Below are positions 1 to 14,275 of a DNA stretch of 64,000 bases, piece by piece. The notes beneath the pieces were generated by a model. It saw only the letters and a list, made by a program, of their open reading frames with translations, made no database searches and was not told the DNA's origin. Origin of the DNA: Octopus bimaculoides (taxonomy: Eukaryota); the NCBI RefSeq assembly GCF_001194135.2, contig NC_068989.1:29688355-29752354 (forward strand), in the 5' to 3' direction. Both the position numbers and the translations under genes were made by a program. Positions within the stretch are counted from its first letter, which is position 1; each line of letters starts with the position of its first letter.

Positions 1-119
1 TTTAATACTTTCAATTTCATACTGAAACTATACTCTCACATATATACAAGCATACTATAAGACCCAAGTTAAAAACATTCCCAACAATTCAACTTCTCTG
101 GTTGACATTAACACACCCA

Positions 120-423
120 CCCCCAATAGGGGCCTTCATTCCCACATTTTAGAGCTCCATGACCTCCATTTTTCAGGAGCAAAATCCTTTTTATAGGTTC
201 CAGAAGACTGAAATTTTGGAATATGTGCATAAAGATCAATAGTATGGGATACATGTCTCATGATTAGAATTTATTTAGGGTGTGTAAAGGGGGGAAAGAA
301 CCCTCATGTGCAATTTTCATGAAATTTGAATCATATGTATTCCAGTTCCTTACAGAAAATATAACAGAAAAGTCTCGTTCTTCAATTGCATGTAACATGG
401 GAACGCCGGGTATCTCTGCTAGT
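120..423 (+). mobile_element. Possible non-autonomous Helitron-like element, 3' end
   Basis: Ends gaacgccgggtatctctgCTAG|T (CTAG at 419-422), resembling a Helitron CTRR 3' terminus. The 5' end is undefined. Confidence 0.35.
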
Positions 424-465
424 TTCTTATAATCCTGTTCACAAAGCACCTAATTAGTAGTTTTT

Positions 466-696
466 AATTTCTTTATTACCCACAAGAGGCTAAACATAGA
501 GGGGATAAACAAGGACAGACAAAGGGATTAAGTCGATTACATTAACCCCAGTGTGTAACTGGTACTTAATTTATCAACCCCGAAAGGAGGAAAGGCAAAG
601 TCGACCTTGGCGGATTTTGAACTTAGAACGTAACGGCAGACAAAATACCACTAAGCACTTCGCCCAGCATGCTAATGTTTCTGCCAGCTCGCCGCC
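466..696 (-). mobile_element. tRNA-derived SINE, family B
   Basis: Minus strand reads ggcggcgagctggcagaaacattagcatgctgggcgaagtgcttagt...ttctaagttcaaaatccgccaaggtcgactttgcc. Homologous to the copies at 49.1, 50.4, 51.8, 52.0, 54.2 and 55.7 kb. Confidence 0.85.
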
Positions 697-1317
697 TTAT
701 TAGTAGTTTCTTTTTTGATGAAGCTTTACCAATTTGTTTTTGGTTTTTAATAGATCTTTAAATATTTTTTGCTCGTCTATTAACAGAAAGAGGCTGAGTG
801 TTGATTTCAGAGATATTTTCGTAAAAACATGAGAAATGAAATAGGGAGGAAAATTTAAATACTTGGGGTTCTTGGATATGAATAATTTTTACACAGTATC
901 TTCTACAATCCTTCAGCTTTCATTTCATATAAAAGTGATTTCCATACATGCAATATATTTTTAGTTTTCTCAGGTAAAGTGTAGTTGGGTATCAAGTGGG
1001 GTGTACACACCTAGCAATATGTGTTTTATAGTGAAAACAAAATTTCCATTCAAATGGCAATTGCCAGATGATTTCCGTTTGAGTCTGACCGTTTTAAGTC
1101 ATAGTGGAAACCTGACCCATGTCGCAAATAAGCATACGAGTATTGTATGAATTTTATAATTGAAAAATTAACTTTAATTTGTATATACAAGTATATCAGA
1201 CTGTGGGCGCAATAAAATGGGCTCATGGGCATAATTGCGCCTGCAGGTGGGGGTTTCTCTACCCCTGTTCTAAACCATAGTATCCCCTAAAAGGAACTAG
1301 CCACAGGCAAATATTGT

Positions 1318-1561
1318 TTTATTGTTTTACTTGTTTCAGTCATTTGGCTGTGGCCAAGTTGGAGTACTGCCTTGAAGGGTTTTTAGTTGAACAAATTAAG
1401 CCCCAGGACTTATTTTCTTTTAAAGCCTAGTACTTATTCCATCAGACACTTTTGCTGAACCGCTAAGTTATGGGGACATAAACACACCAACACCAGTTGT
1501 GAAGTGCAGATGTGGGGGGGGGGACAAACACAGACACAAAGACACACACACAGATATATAT
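1318..1561 (-). mobile_element. tRNA-derived SINE, family C (3' part, cut by gap)
   Basis: tttcagtcatttggctgtggcc...aagcctagtacttattc...gggacaaacacagacac, homologous to the other family C copies. Confidence 0.85.
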
Positions 1562-1729
1562 NNNNNNNNNNNNNNNNNNNNNNNNNNNNNNNNNNNNNNN
1601 NNNNNNNNNNNNNNNNNNNNNNNNNNNNNNNNNNNNNNNNNNNNNNNNNNNNNNNNNNNNNNNNNNNNNNNNNNNNNNNNNNNNNNNNNNNNNNNNNNNN
1701 NNNNNNNTATATATGTATATATATATTTT

Positions 1730-2098
1730 TTTTCTTTTACCTGTTTCAGTCATTTGACTGCAGCTATGCTGGAACACTGCCTTTAGTCAAACAAATTGAC
1801 CCTAGGACTTATTCTTTGTAAGCCTAGTACTTATTCTGTCGGTCTTTTTTGCCAAACCGCTATGTTATGGGGGCATAAACACACCAACATCACCTGTCAA
1901 GAGATGGAGTGGAGACAGACACACACAAATACACACACACACACGATGGGCTTCTTTCAGTTTCCATCTACCAAATCCACTCACAAGGCTTTGATTAGCC
2001 TGAGGCCATAGCAGAAGACACTTGCCCAAGGTACCACGCAGTGGGACTGAACCCAGAACCATGTGATTGGGAAGCAAGCTTCTTACCACACAGCCACT
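1730..2098 (-). mobile_element. tRNA-derived SINE, family C (near full length; CORE-like ccttgggcaagt segment)
   Basis: tRNA-like head with A-box (tggctgtgtgg) and B-box (ggttcagtccc), internal (CA)n, and the shared 3' module. Confidence 0.9.
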
Positions 2099-2121
2099 CT
2101 TGTGACTATATATATATATAA

Positions 2122-2257
2122 GACAGGTTTCTTTCAGTTTCTGTCTACCAAATCCACTCACAAGTCTTTGGTTGGCCCAAGGCTATAGCAGTGGGACTGA
2201 ACCTGGAACCTTGTGGTTGTGAAACAAGCTTCTTACGACACAGCCACGCCTGCACCT
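2122..2257 (-). mobile_element. Family C SINE, internally deleted 5' part
   Basis: Repeats the head and gaaactgaaagaa segment of the adjacent copy. Confidence 0.8.
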
Positions 2258-5079
2258 AGCAAAATGTATTATATTCAAATTAAGTGAAACTGAGTTCAAT
2301 GAGCGAGGCACTTTTTGAAAAGTCACCTTATGAGACACATCTGTACCAAATGATGCATCACAGCCAGTTGTTCAGAATCTCATCCACAAGGGACCAATGC
2401 ATGAATTCCATTTTCTCTTTCTCTCATTTATTACACACACAGACACACACACAACAACAATATGAATGGACAAAAATCATATCTTTAATTGGTGATTACA
2501 CCATACATTACCAACGATCATTTCTGTTAGATGCAGAAAAAGGTATAAAATACCAGTGAAATTAATATATCCAAAAACACATGCTAGCACGTTATCAGGG
2601 CAATCTAAAATGGATTATATTTCTTCTTAATTTTCTTTTTTAAAGTATTCACCTATTAGAGATATTTTCTTATTTCACTCTGAATTTAACCCATTTTGGA
2701 TTGCCTTGATAACATTGTGTTAGCATATTTTTTCAGGTACATTAGTTTGACTGGTATTTTATACCATTTTCCATATCTAAATATGCTGGTACAATAGAAA
2801 TGATCTTTGGTAATGTATGGTGTAACTACCAATTAAAGAGGTCATTTTCTCCATTCTTATTCTTGTTTTCTTATAGTCCAAATTTCTTGGAAATCTTCTG
2901 AGAAATATTTGGATTCATTCGTCATACATGAAGAATGACCTTATTCTACTTGTACTTATTGTTATCTGATTGTTTGATATAGTTAACCAAACTCATTTAA
3001 CACTGAGTGTTTTAATATCTGCCTGGATTAAATAATTTTATTTCTCAAACATACATGTATATTATTATACATGCATACATATATCAGCTATACTCTGGTT
3101 TAAATAATTTGTAAATTTGTTTAGAAATGTCTTTAAATTTTATTTTTCCCTGTCAGACTGAGAACATATCTAAGTGACAACAAGGTTACAACAATTTTCA
3201 CATACTTTCTTCCAACTTCATTGAAATTATAATGCTAACAAGTAAAAAAAACAAAACAAATAACAATATTTAATTTTTTTCAGCTGCATAATGAAAATGT
3301 TTGAACAAATAGCATATTAAGAGTTTTGTTTTTTGAAATGTTTACAGGATGTAATTATTATAAGGCTTGCTGTAGATATCACTAAACACTTCTGAGAATG
3401 ACAACTAAATAAAAAAAAAAACAAAGGTTTTAGAGAGTTTATCAACATCTTTTGCTGAAAGGTTAAAGCACAAAGTAATTGTAACAATGACCCAATTTTT
3501 TTCTTCTGTTCTGTCAAGTGAACATATCAAAGTGACTACAAATACCAGAACACTGTTTAAAAGGAAGTAAGGTAATATGACAGTCAAATGGAAATGAAGA
3601 TAAACACGTTTAAAAATTATATCTAAGATGTCATTTTAAATTTCCCACTAGAATGTATTGGACAATGGAAGAAAAAAATATTCAAATGAATTACAGATGC
3701 AAAAGAAAGCAAATTTATACAGGTTTAGAATTTTAAAAAATGTTAATATCAACAATGTAAAAGAAATATTAAATGTTAGTGAACAATAAAATAGAAACGG
3801 GGTATTTTCATATAGATTAATATAAACTTCCTTTGAGATAGGTAATTACAACAACTTATGGCAATTTCTGTGTAAACTGATAATCTCACATTTCTAAATA
3901 AAAGAATCTGTTTAAAAAATCTAATAATAATACTAATCTCCCTGATATTTCTTTACAAATTATAAAGATACATAGGTTTCCATCACAAACATATATATTC
4001 CTAGCTGGACAAGATATAGGTATTTAAGAGTAATGTTTTTCAAAATGCTTTCTAACAAAGTGAAATATAACAAAACATTTGTAACTGAGTTCAAGTTATA
4101 ACCTTTCAGCAGGACATGCAAGAAGTTTCAATTAACTAATAATGAAAATAAATTATGTAAAACTTAATGCAAGGTATTATTTCATAGTCAAGTTGCATAT
4201 GGCTGAGTATCAATTATTCTGTCACTGATGTAGTGCTGTCTCCATGAATATGACACCTCATTACAACTCAGCATATATTGGCAAAGTACGTACGTCGGAT
4301 TGGAATAGCAAATTAGATTCATTAGTGAATACATAGCACAAGATGAATGTAGAGCAAAAAAAGGTTAATTTTTTGTTAATGACAAATGTCTAAAGCAAGG
4401 AAAAATCAACATAAGAATTTTTTCACATCTTTAATCTTGTCTTGTGGCCTTGAATTCACTGTTATAATTTTCCCAGGATGGTCATCATACATAACCATTT
4501 TTTATACTCAGCCTCTGTAACTTAATTTGATTATATACATATACAATCTCTACAAATACCTTCCAATCTTCTCAAATAAATGGCTCCTGTCTGAAATGTT
4601 AGCCTTTTCATCCCATGGAACAACACAGCTCTTTTGTTTCTATTTTCACTTTGACTCATACTAACACAGTCCATAACAAGTACTTAAGAAGCCTTAAGAA
4701 TTTAAATAACTTCACATTGATTTTCTCACTAGTGTCTGTCTAAAAAATATGTGTTCATTTAACAAATATGTTGCAATATAACAGAAGAATATGACAGTTT
4801 TCATGTATAAAATGCTTCAATTGTAGATAATGTACCAGCATAGGAACTAGTCATTTTTAGAAATCATAAATAAAAGTGTTTTTTAAATAGCTGGTCTTTT
4901 TCACACAAAGTAAAACAAAAAAAAAAAAAACACTGAATAGAACTGATGATGATGAGAAATTCATTTTTAAACACAATTCCCTGAATATAAAAACTTAGTT
5001 TTTATAATTAAATTTTTTACTGTAATAACAACATATATGGTTGCCAAACAAAATATAAACACACAAACACACCCATATA

Positions 5080-5400
5080 TGTCATCATTTAAAATCAGTT
5101 TTCCATGTAAGCATGGGTTGAACAGTTTGACAGAAACTGGCAAAGCCAAAAGATGCACCAGGCACCATTGTTTTGGCATGGCTTTTATGGCTGGATGCCC
5201 TTCCCAATGCCAGCCACTTTATAGAGAATACTGGATGTTTTTCAAGTGGCACCAGTACCAGTGCTTTTTACATGGCACCATCACTGACAAGGTCTCCAAG
5301 TAATTTGCAAGATAAAAAGCACCTCAACTGGGAGTGGGGGACTATTATTGAGGGGGTGGGTGATTTTGTGCCCATTGGTAAAAAATTAAGGTAAAGAGGG
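5080..5400 (-). mobile_element. RTE 3'-tail-related repeat (family D)
   Basis: catttaaaatcagttttccatgtaagcatgggttgaacag...ggatgcccttcccaatgccagccac is homologous to the RTE 3' end at 40291-40460. Confidence 0.75.
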
Positions 5401-5944
5401 ATAGAGATAGGTGTCTTGTAGAGTGGACACCTGGATACTATAGTTGAAAGAGAAAGAAGAGGAAGTCAGAGTAAGATAAAGAGAGCAATAGTGAGAGAGA
5501 TAGTGTTGAAGATGAGCCAGAATATGCTCTCAAGTGACGTTGGGGGTAGTGAGAATAAGTGAGGTCATATAGAAGATTAGACTGGATGAGTGTACAGGAT
5601 AGAAATGATTCTAGAAAATGATGGAGAGAAATAAAAGAGGCTTCGGGCAGGGATTGCAGTGGATATGTGAGGGCATTGAGAGTGATAGTACATAAGAGAG
5701 GTGTTAATGATGGCTAACAGCGAGAAGGTATAGAAAGAAGGTGATCAGTGAAGATAGTAGGCAGGGAAAGATAATGGGAAATGGAAGTGGTTCAGGCTGG
5801 AGGAAGGAAGGTAACTGAAAAAGCAGGGGGATGTATAGTATGTGTCTACTGTGCTCTCAGATGATAGAGAAGTGATAGGTGTTCTGGGATGAAGTTGGAG
5901 GGAGCGTAGAGATAGAGAGGTCAAAGATGATGGAGGTGGTGGGT

Positions 5945-6290
5945 GGAGCAGAGCCTTGTGCTGACCAAAGCCTTGTGAGTGGATTTGGTAGACAGAAACT
6001 GAAAGAAGCCCATCATATATATATATGTATATATATATATATGTATGTGAGTGTGTGGTGTTTGTCTGTGTTTGTGCCCCCCTCCACCACCATTGCTTGA
6101 CAACCAATGCTGGTGTGTTTATGTCAAAAATGTCAGTTTGGTAAAAATGACTGATAGAATAAGTACTAGGCTTACAAAGAATAAGCCTTGAGGTTGATTT
6201 CTTTGATTAACAAAAAAGAACCCCTTAAGATGGTGCTCCAGTGTGGCCACAGTCAAAGGACTGAAACAAGTAAAAGAATAAAAGAATAAG
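5945..6290 (+). mobile_element. Family C SINE, 5'-truncated
   Basis: gaccaaagccttgtgagtggatttggtagacagaaactgaaagaagccc (AT)n ... ctgaaacaagtaaaagaataaaagaa. Confidence 0.9.
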
Positions 6291-9200
6291 GAATTTACAT
6301 GAAATGATGTAATGAAATAGGTATGTACTATGAGTGTTCACTTTGCTTTACCACTAAAACTCCAGCTTCAGCTGCAACTTAAAAGTGTGGTGTTGAGACT
6401 GCCTATTGAAGGGAGCTAGAAGTAAGTTTCTCCTTGAGCAGGTAGATACAGATTAAAATAGAAATGAAAAAGCAAAACGTTTGGTACCACTCAGAAGAAC
6501 AATTTAGATAGAAAATATGAACATCTAGAGTCTCTTACAGCTGTTTCTAGAATGCCAAGCATATGGATCATAATATTGAGTAAGAATTCCATAAGCTGAG
6601 TTTACTATCATCAGAGATGAAGAAGTAAGATAAATATAAAAATGAAGAAATATTCACCATTGAGGATTTTAGTATATTCCAGTTTGTCAAAAATGAAGGA
6701 AGGATCGGAATAAAATAGGTATGCATTACAGTTCTATGATCAAATAAATAAATTATAGGTAAGGTCCATTGGCAGTTTCAAATAAGAAGTGAGTAGGAAT
6801 AATATACTACAGTGTGGAGGAAACGCAGAATGGTAGATGTAGCATTGTAGATATAAAGTAGTCTGAAGAGTGAGCGTAAGTTTGTTAAAAGAGGCTAGTG
6901 AGTGTATATAGATAGATAAAGGGATGAGGAATAGCATGTCAGATACTGATCCTCTAGTTGACCACCAGTACCCGCTAGAGTTCTAGGGTGGCAGGAGTGG
7001 GTGGGAGGGGTTAAGATGGTAATAAAATTGTTGTAAACGATAATGAAGATCTCAAATTATAGTGAGCATGATACTACCAGAGGTGAGGCAAAATTTAGGA
7101 CTCATCTGGTTATAATGGTGCTAGAAATAGGTGTCTATAATGTTAATTAAAATTTTAGATTAATATTTTAATCAACAAATGACAACTATGAATTGCTTCG
7201 ATACTAAGTACCCAGCCAATCCTAGTGTCCTACATGTTGATATACCTAGATTCTAACAAATCCTGCAACTGATCCATGCACACACAAGGAAACAGCCTCA
7301 TCAACGTAACTTTTACTAAAACATGAGGTAACAAAAACAGTTGTCCCACAGTGAATCTATAATAAATTACAATAAGAATTCTTTACTATTGCAAAATATA
7401 AAGAAACACCCTAGTACCAAAAACAAACAAAACATATTCCATTGATCAAAACGTTAGAAGCAAAACCAGAAAGAGATTATTCCCAAGATCTTATCAAAGA
7501 TTACCTGTAAGGAACAGGGCAAAAAGTCAATCTAGATCCACAAACAAATACGGATTATTTTCCCAGATTGTTAAAGATACTAGTTAAAACAAAAACAATT
7601 TACTCAATACCAAAAACAGTTCTGAAAACACAATGAAACAAGGTAAAACGCCACAACTAAAACACAAGGTTCATCAGGGAAATGACAACAGCAACAGAAA
7701 TTACAAAGAAGAATCCATTTTTTAATATCAGAACAAAAGACACTGAAAAAAATAAAAAAAAAAATAAGAAGAAACATTTTTGTTACTCTCTCAGTCACTA
7801 AAGGAGGTTCCAGTGATACGCACTGCAAGAACACTGGTACTATTTGCACAGCAAGTTTTATGTCACAGTATCTTTCTCCTAGAAGGGCTGCATTCCCTAC
7901 AGCTTTGTCAAAAACAATGGGAGACTCCGCTACTCTTGGGAAATCTATTTAACCCATAGATAGGGCCCTGACAGGTACTACTATTCCTGGGAGTAATGGT
8001 AATTAAGGGGTGAATCCATGCACCCTACAGCTCCAGAACTGGATCTTCATTACTAGATGCAGTTTACTGTCATAACTAGGACAATATATATTGTACTAAT
8101 ACATCTGTTTGTTGTCTACACCACCTGTCTTTGTCTTTTTTCTGGGAATTCTCCCCTTATATATATATATATATATNNNNNNNNNNNNNNNNNNNNNNNN
8201 NNNNNNNNNNNNNNNNNNNNNNNNNNNNNNNNNNNNNNNNNNNNNNNNNNNNNNNNNNNNNNNNNNNNNNNNNNNNNNNNNNNNNNNNNNNNNNNNNNNN
8301 NNNNNNNNNNNNNNNNNNNNNNNNNNNNNNNNNNNNNNNNNNNNNNNNNNNNNNNNNNNNNNNNNNNNNNNNNNNNNNNNNNNNNNNNNNNNNNNNNNNN
8401 NNNNNNNNNNNNNNNNNNNNNNNNNNNNNNNNNNNNNNNNNNNNNNNNNNNNNNNNNNNNNNNNNNNNNNNNNNNNNNNNNNNNNNNNNNNNNNNNNNNN
8501 NNNNNNNNNNNNNNNNNNNNNNNNNNNNNNNNNNNNNNNNNNNNNNNNNNNNNNNNNNNNNNNNNNNNNNNNNNNNNNNNNNNNNNNNNNNNNNNNNNNN
8601 NNNNNNNNNNNNNNNNNNNNNNNNNNNNNNNNNNNNNNNNNNNNNNNNNNNNNNNNNNNNNNNNNNNNNNNNNNNNNNNNNNNNNNNNNNNNNNNNNNNN
8701 NNNNNNNNNNNNNNNNNNNNNNNNNNNNNNNNNNNNNNNNNNNNNNNNNNNNNNNNNNNNNNNNNNNNNNNNNNNNNNNNNNNNNNNNNNNNNNNNNNNN
8801 NNNNNNNNNNNNNNNNNNNNNNNNNNNNNNNNNNNNNNNNNNNNNNNNNNNNNNNNNNNNNNNNNNNNNNNNNNNNNNNNNNNNNNNNNNNNNNNNNNNN
8901 NNNNNNNNNNNNNNNNNNNNNNNNNNNNNNNNNNNNNNNNNNNNNNNNNNNNNNNNNNNNNNNNNNNNNNNNNNNNNNNNNNNNNNNNNNNNNNNNNNNN
9001 NNNNNNNNNNNNNNNNNNNNNNNNNNNNNNNNNNNNNNNNNNNNNNNNNNNNNNNNNNGAGAACCCTGACTGTTCGGATTTATCTGGTTAGAGAACTTTA
9101 CAGAACCAAGGATTCCCTGTCTGTGTGAACATTGTTATGTTCTTTTTTTCTTTTTCTCTTCTTTTTTCCTGCTTCTAAATTTTGGTTCTACTTTCTCTCT

Positions 9201-9294
9201 CATTGAAAATTTTTTTTTTTTTCTTCTTTATTTTGTTTTTTCTAACTTTTATTTTTTTGGACTGTTTTTTTTAACTATTCTGTTGAACTGTTTT

Positions 9295-9798
9295 GACATG
9301 GCAGAGAAAAAAATTGAAAAAATGAACCCTATCTTGTAGTGGGAATTGTGCCCGCCCAGGCAGTGGTTAAATGACTTCAGGGAAAGAACAGTGGTGTTAC
9401 GGACGTACTCTAGGTCACTCGACACCATTACGGTCTTTCCCAAAATTGACATTGAAAAAGAGTTGGCAGAATATCTGCCAACTATTAAGTTTATGGCAAG
9501 GGGTGTCAAATACGCGACGCTTTGGTTGCTATTTGACACCCCTGAGGTGGCTCGCAAGTTTGCTAGCCAGCCACTGGAAGGGGAAAAAATTCTTAACTAG
9601 AGCTTGGATCTGTGTGGCAGCGGAGCCAAGCTCCTAAACGTGAAAATTTTACCTACAGCTGATTGGGTTGGGTCAAAAGTGGTTTTGACCCTGTGGACCC
9701 AATCAGCCAGAGATCTTGTTTTCCCAGATTTTTTAAGGATGGACGGGCAGAGATATCCAGTGATAGTTGAGGGGCGTCTCAATGTTCAATCATATTAA
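9295..9798 (+). pseudogene. Degenerate ORF resembling a LINE ORF1 remnant
   Basis: A GC-richer coding-like island with stops: RERTVVLRTYS...ATLWLLFDTPEVARKFASQPL...MDGQRYPVIVEGR. Resemblance to ORF1 is from recall only. Confidence 0.4.
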
Positions 9799-10572
9799 AT
9801 TATGGTCATTAACCTAAATAAATGGCAATACAAGGTACAAAACTATAAAGTAATGAAATAATAAGAATAAACATACTTACAATAACAAAATCGATAGTAT
9901 ATGCATAAATATGCTTAAAACTCTACGAATATAACTTTACGGGGGTTAAACTTGCTGTACTAACTAGAGAAGGAGAGAGAAAGTGTGAACAACTGGCGTT
10001 GGAGTAAGATATAATTGTTATTTTAGATAATATTATAATGTTATTATTCTCATTGTTGTTATTATTATTATTATAAATGTAAAAATAATTTTATTATTAT
10101 TACTATTATTGTTATTAATATAAATATTAAGGAGATGGATATGCTATAATAAAATATTTATTACTATTAAGAAGTAATTAAGTTGATAAATGAATGAATA
10201 AACAATTAAAAAATTTTTTTAAATAGTAGAAAAAACCTATGTGGATAGGTAGTGGGAGCAGTATGATGGACAAATTAAAAGAGATATTGATGTCAATGAA
10301 AAATTGATATTAAAGTTATGTTCCAGAATAAGTACCGGGGNNNNNNNNNNNNNNNNNNNNNNNNNNNNNNNNNNNNNNNNNNNNNNNNNNNNNNNNNNNN
10401 NNNNNNNNNNNNNNNNNNNNNNNNNNNNNNNNNNNNNNNNNNNNNNNNNNNNNNNNNNNNNNNNNNNNNNNNNNNNNNNNNNNNNNNNNNNNNNNNNNNN
10501 NNNNNNNNNNNNNNNNNNNNNNNNNNNNNNNNNNNNNNNNNNNNNNNNNNNNNNNNNNNNNNNNNNNNNNNN

Positions 10573-10607
<35 letters not shown>

Positions 10608-11749
10608 TAGTAGTTGGAAAATACCGTTATAGGTATAAAAATGCCATAAACAATTATAGAAAAATGAAGGAGAAAAAGATGTGGAATCAAATACAAATAT
10701 GAAAGAAAAAAATTATGACCATAGTAGTTATAATTAAATTTATGCATTGTCATTTTCATCAGTGTGAAGAATTTTCGTGAGGACATCAAAAAAGGTTTAA
10801 TAAAAGGAAGTAAATTAAAATAAGATACAATACGGAAGAATATAAGTGGGGTAATAGAGAAAAAATTGGATATTTGCAAGCAAGTTTTAAAAGGTGAAAA
10901 AAATAACTGTAATATTAACAGTAAGAGAGACGAAGGGGAAAAAATACAGACATATCAATGTGCATAAACCTATATATGTGCAGTAAACTATAACATAAAA
11001 ATAAGAATGAAAAGCTAACAGGTGTACTGAAAAAAATGGTAACAGGTCGAAAGAAAGTATAATAAACAGAGCCATGTGTGTATAGTAGAATATAACGTAA
11101 CAGGTGGACTAGCAGAACAAAAACCGAAGAGAGTTATACATATACATATTAATATTGAAAAACGAAAAATATATGTATATATATTTTAAACGAGGCTAAA
11201 AAGTGATAGGCAAGACTATGTTTGGAAAAAGTTGCAATATTAAAGTAAAAATGTACATACATGCAGAGAAAAAACCAGGACCAGAAGAATTTGCTGAACA
11301 TGTATGAATTTGTTAGGAAGCCATACTGAAAATGGTGGTGTAACTGCCAAAACTGCTGCTTCTATACTATTATAGTGATGAAGTCTTAAACTGAGTTGGA
11401 AATATTTACACGAAGAGTCTAACAAACCTACCAGATTCCTTGAAATTTGCACGGTGCCTCTATTATCGATTCTTTGAGTGATAGCGGATATTTATGCTAA
11501 CTGGTCCACAAACAGGTACAAAACCACAGCAAATATGGCTGCATATATTTACATCATCCAATTCAGAGCAAGTACATAGCACATGTAAATTAACATCAAC
11601 CGATGTCATGACGTTAAAATGTTTTTTGGGTAGGTGGAATTTATTTATTTGTTCTCAGTTAACCAAATATTTAATAATTTCAAGTTTTAGTTTAGCCTTT
11701 TAATGTTAGAATAACCAAGAACATTTGGTAAGTAAGCAGACATAATACT

Positions 11750-11885
11750 GTTTCCAATTTAGGTACAAAGCCAGGAATTTTGTGCAGAACATGTTAATCA
11801 ATGACACAGACACCACTATTTGACTAGTACTCATTTTATCGACCTTGAATGAAAAGTAAAGTTGACCTCAACAAGATCTGCAAAA
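11750..11885 (-). mobile_element. Family B SINE, degenerate 3' part
   Basis: ggtacaaagccaggaatttt...tagtactcattttatcgacc...aaagttgacctc. Confidence 0.7.
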
Positions 11886-13156
11886 CATTTTTTGCTGCTA
11901 ATTCACCACCCTTGACAATTCACTACCCTATTGAATATGTGTATTTCAATGCAAAATGATTTCATTTCCCTTTAACCAAATATTTAATAATTTAAGTTCT
12001 CTGTTTGGCTTTTAATATCAGAATAAGCAGACGTAATAGCAAAGACATTTTTTACACATTCATTTTCATATACATGAACGTGGAACTATTGTACATAATG
12101 AAAAAAAAAAAAAAAAAAAAGCTATGTGTCAGCTTAGGTAAGAAACATATAAGCTGAAAGTGTCATACTAGTAAGAGTAATGCAGTGCAGATGAGTTCTT
12201 AATGTACCACACTGAACATTTAAGAAAAGTATATAAATAAACGTTTCATTTCTACTTATGAGGTGTCAATTTAAAATCAGCATAAAATTTAAAAGGTACC
12301 TGACTCTTAACTATTTGTTTTTGTATAATAATAATTATTAGTTTTAAAATCAATATCAATTATTATAGAAGAAAAAGAAAGGAAGTCAAAAGAAATATAA
12401 TAAAGTGTTCTGCGGCAGAGAAAATAATGTCTATTTTTAAAACACTCTTTTTTTCCAACAATCTAGCATAAAGTATATAATCAAAAATTTTATTTCATAG
12501 CAAAAGCATAAGGAAGAATTGGGAGCCAAAAGCATAAAGTTATATTTAGTTTTCTTTTATGCATATATACCCTACTTCTTTTGGACCCTTTTTTTAAACA
12601 GATTCGACTGACTGCTGCAGAAAACCAAAAGCTAGGAATGCTACTTCAGTAGCATTAGATTACAAGAAACTAGGTATAAAATCTAGCAAAAACATAACCA
12701 CAATGTACAAAAAAGTCAGAATCATAAAACAGGCAAAAGAATGCTATTTATATGATAATCAAGAAATATTTTGCTAACAAAAATACTGACTCCATTCTTC
12801 ATACAGAACCTAAAAAGGTTTCACAATGACACAATTTAAGTGCTTATAGATTTTTTCTTTTACTTATTTCTGTCATGATGGCACACCATCTTGAAAAAGT
12901 CTTGAAGATGAATTGAAAATAATGTTTGCATTCATATTTGAAAATAATGTTTGCATTCTTCTTCGAATGAAATAATAGCAAATATTCAAATTATATATTA
13001 AAATCTCAAATTACTTCCCAAAAGAGTATAGAGGTCATTTTCTAAATATTCAACAGGAACACACACAACAAATAGTGTTCTAGCCAAAGATAATTTTGCA
13101 ACTAAAATACATAAAACTTTGTAATTTAGTATGATGTAGTTATTTTAGATGTAGAT

Positions 13157-13488
13157 CATGCCTGGTCAACTCAAATTACATTGCAGGCTACTTTAATCAC
13201 GGAAAGCTTTTTGAGGGCTGCTTATATACTAACAGAATTGAAAGCATTTTGCTTTCTCATGCTATTATTACAATAATGAATGAATGATCATTGATTCAAC
13301 ATGAAGTATTTTCGTTGCAGAAACAGTAGTATCTTTCGTTTTTTACTTTTCATTACAATCTTTAATTTGTGATCACATTTTTAAAATGTTTGTTTAAATA
13401 AACCCATTTCAAGAAAGTATCAAGCAGGATGCAAGATAAAAGTCTGCAAGCCACATGCGGCCTGCAGACCTCAGGTTGGCCAGCCCTG
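13157..13488. mobile_element. hAT-type MITE
   Basis: Imperfect 15-bp TIRs (catgcctggtcaact / ggttggccagccctg, 11/15) and a perfect 8-bp TSD ATGTAGAT (13149-13156, 13489-13496). Confidence 0.85.
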
Positions 13489-13579
13489 ATGTAGATTATT
13501 AATAATTTTCATTATTTATCAAATATACAAAAATAAAGAATATAAAAATATATAGAATATAAAGAATTCAAAAAAAAAG

Positions 13580-13920
13580 TTGTGGTTGTGTGGCAAGAAG
13601 CTTGCTTTCAAACCACATGGTTCTGGGTTCAGCCCTGCTTGGGCAAGTGTCTTCTACTATAGCCTTGGGCCGAGTGAATTTGGAAGATGGAAACTGAAGC
13701 CTCCCTCTCTCTCTCTCTGTGTTTGTTTGTCCCCCACAACTGCTTGAAAACCAGTATTGGTATGCTTACATCCCTGTAACTTAACAGCTTGGTAAAACAG
13801 ACCGACAGAATAAGTACCAGGCTTTAAAAAAATAGTGCTGGGGTTGATTCATTCGATTAAAAATTTTTCAAGGTGATGCCCCAGCACAGCCACAGTTTAA
13901 TGATTGAGACAAGTAAAAGA
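13580..13920 (+). mobile_element. Family C SINE
   Basis: Head gtggttgtgtggcaagaagcttgctttcaaaccacatggttctgggttcagccc, through to gagacaagtaaaaga. Confidence 0.85.
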
Positions 13921-14121
13921 TATCAACATTTTCACCAATAGCTGATTATTAATCAAAATTAGTTGGGGTTTAAAGTTGGATTGCAAATAATGGCAGAAGT
14001 AGCTGAATTAAGCTGTAATAACTGAGCTTAAGTTAGAAATTTATACTGAACAGTTTGTTATGCAGTCTCTGGTGTGGAGTAAACAAAGACATTCCATTTT
14101 TATACAATGAATGTAAATACT

Positions 14122-14275
<154 letters not shown>

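Noticed and set aside
6500-6960. Very old Penelope-like fragment (YIYHSAFPPHC)
   Set aside because: Only a weak single-motif resemblance; not supportable without alignment.
7950-8085. Fragment resembling an abundant octopus repeat
   Set aside because: Single short copy in the window; the family cannot be supported from this sequence alone.
8057-9128. Long ORFs of 300+ aa (also 1463-1821, 10237-10879, 16424-17224, 42819-43804)
   Set aside because: They are open only because they run through N gaps.
12915-12960. 24-bp-period tandem duplication gaaaataatgtttgcattc
   Set aside because: Ordinary slippage duplication with no further structure.
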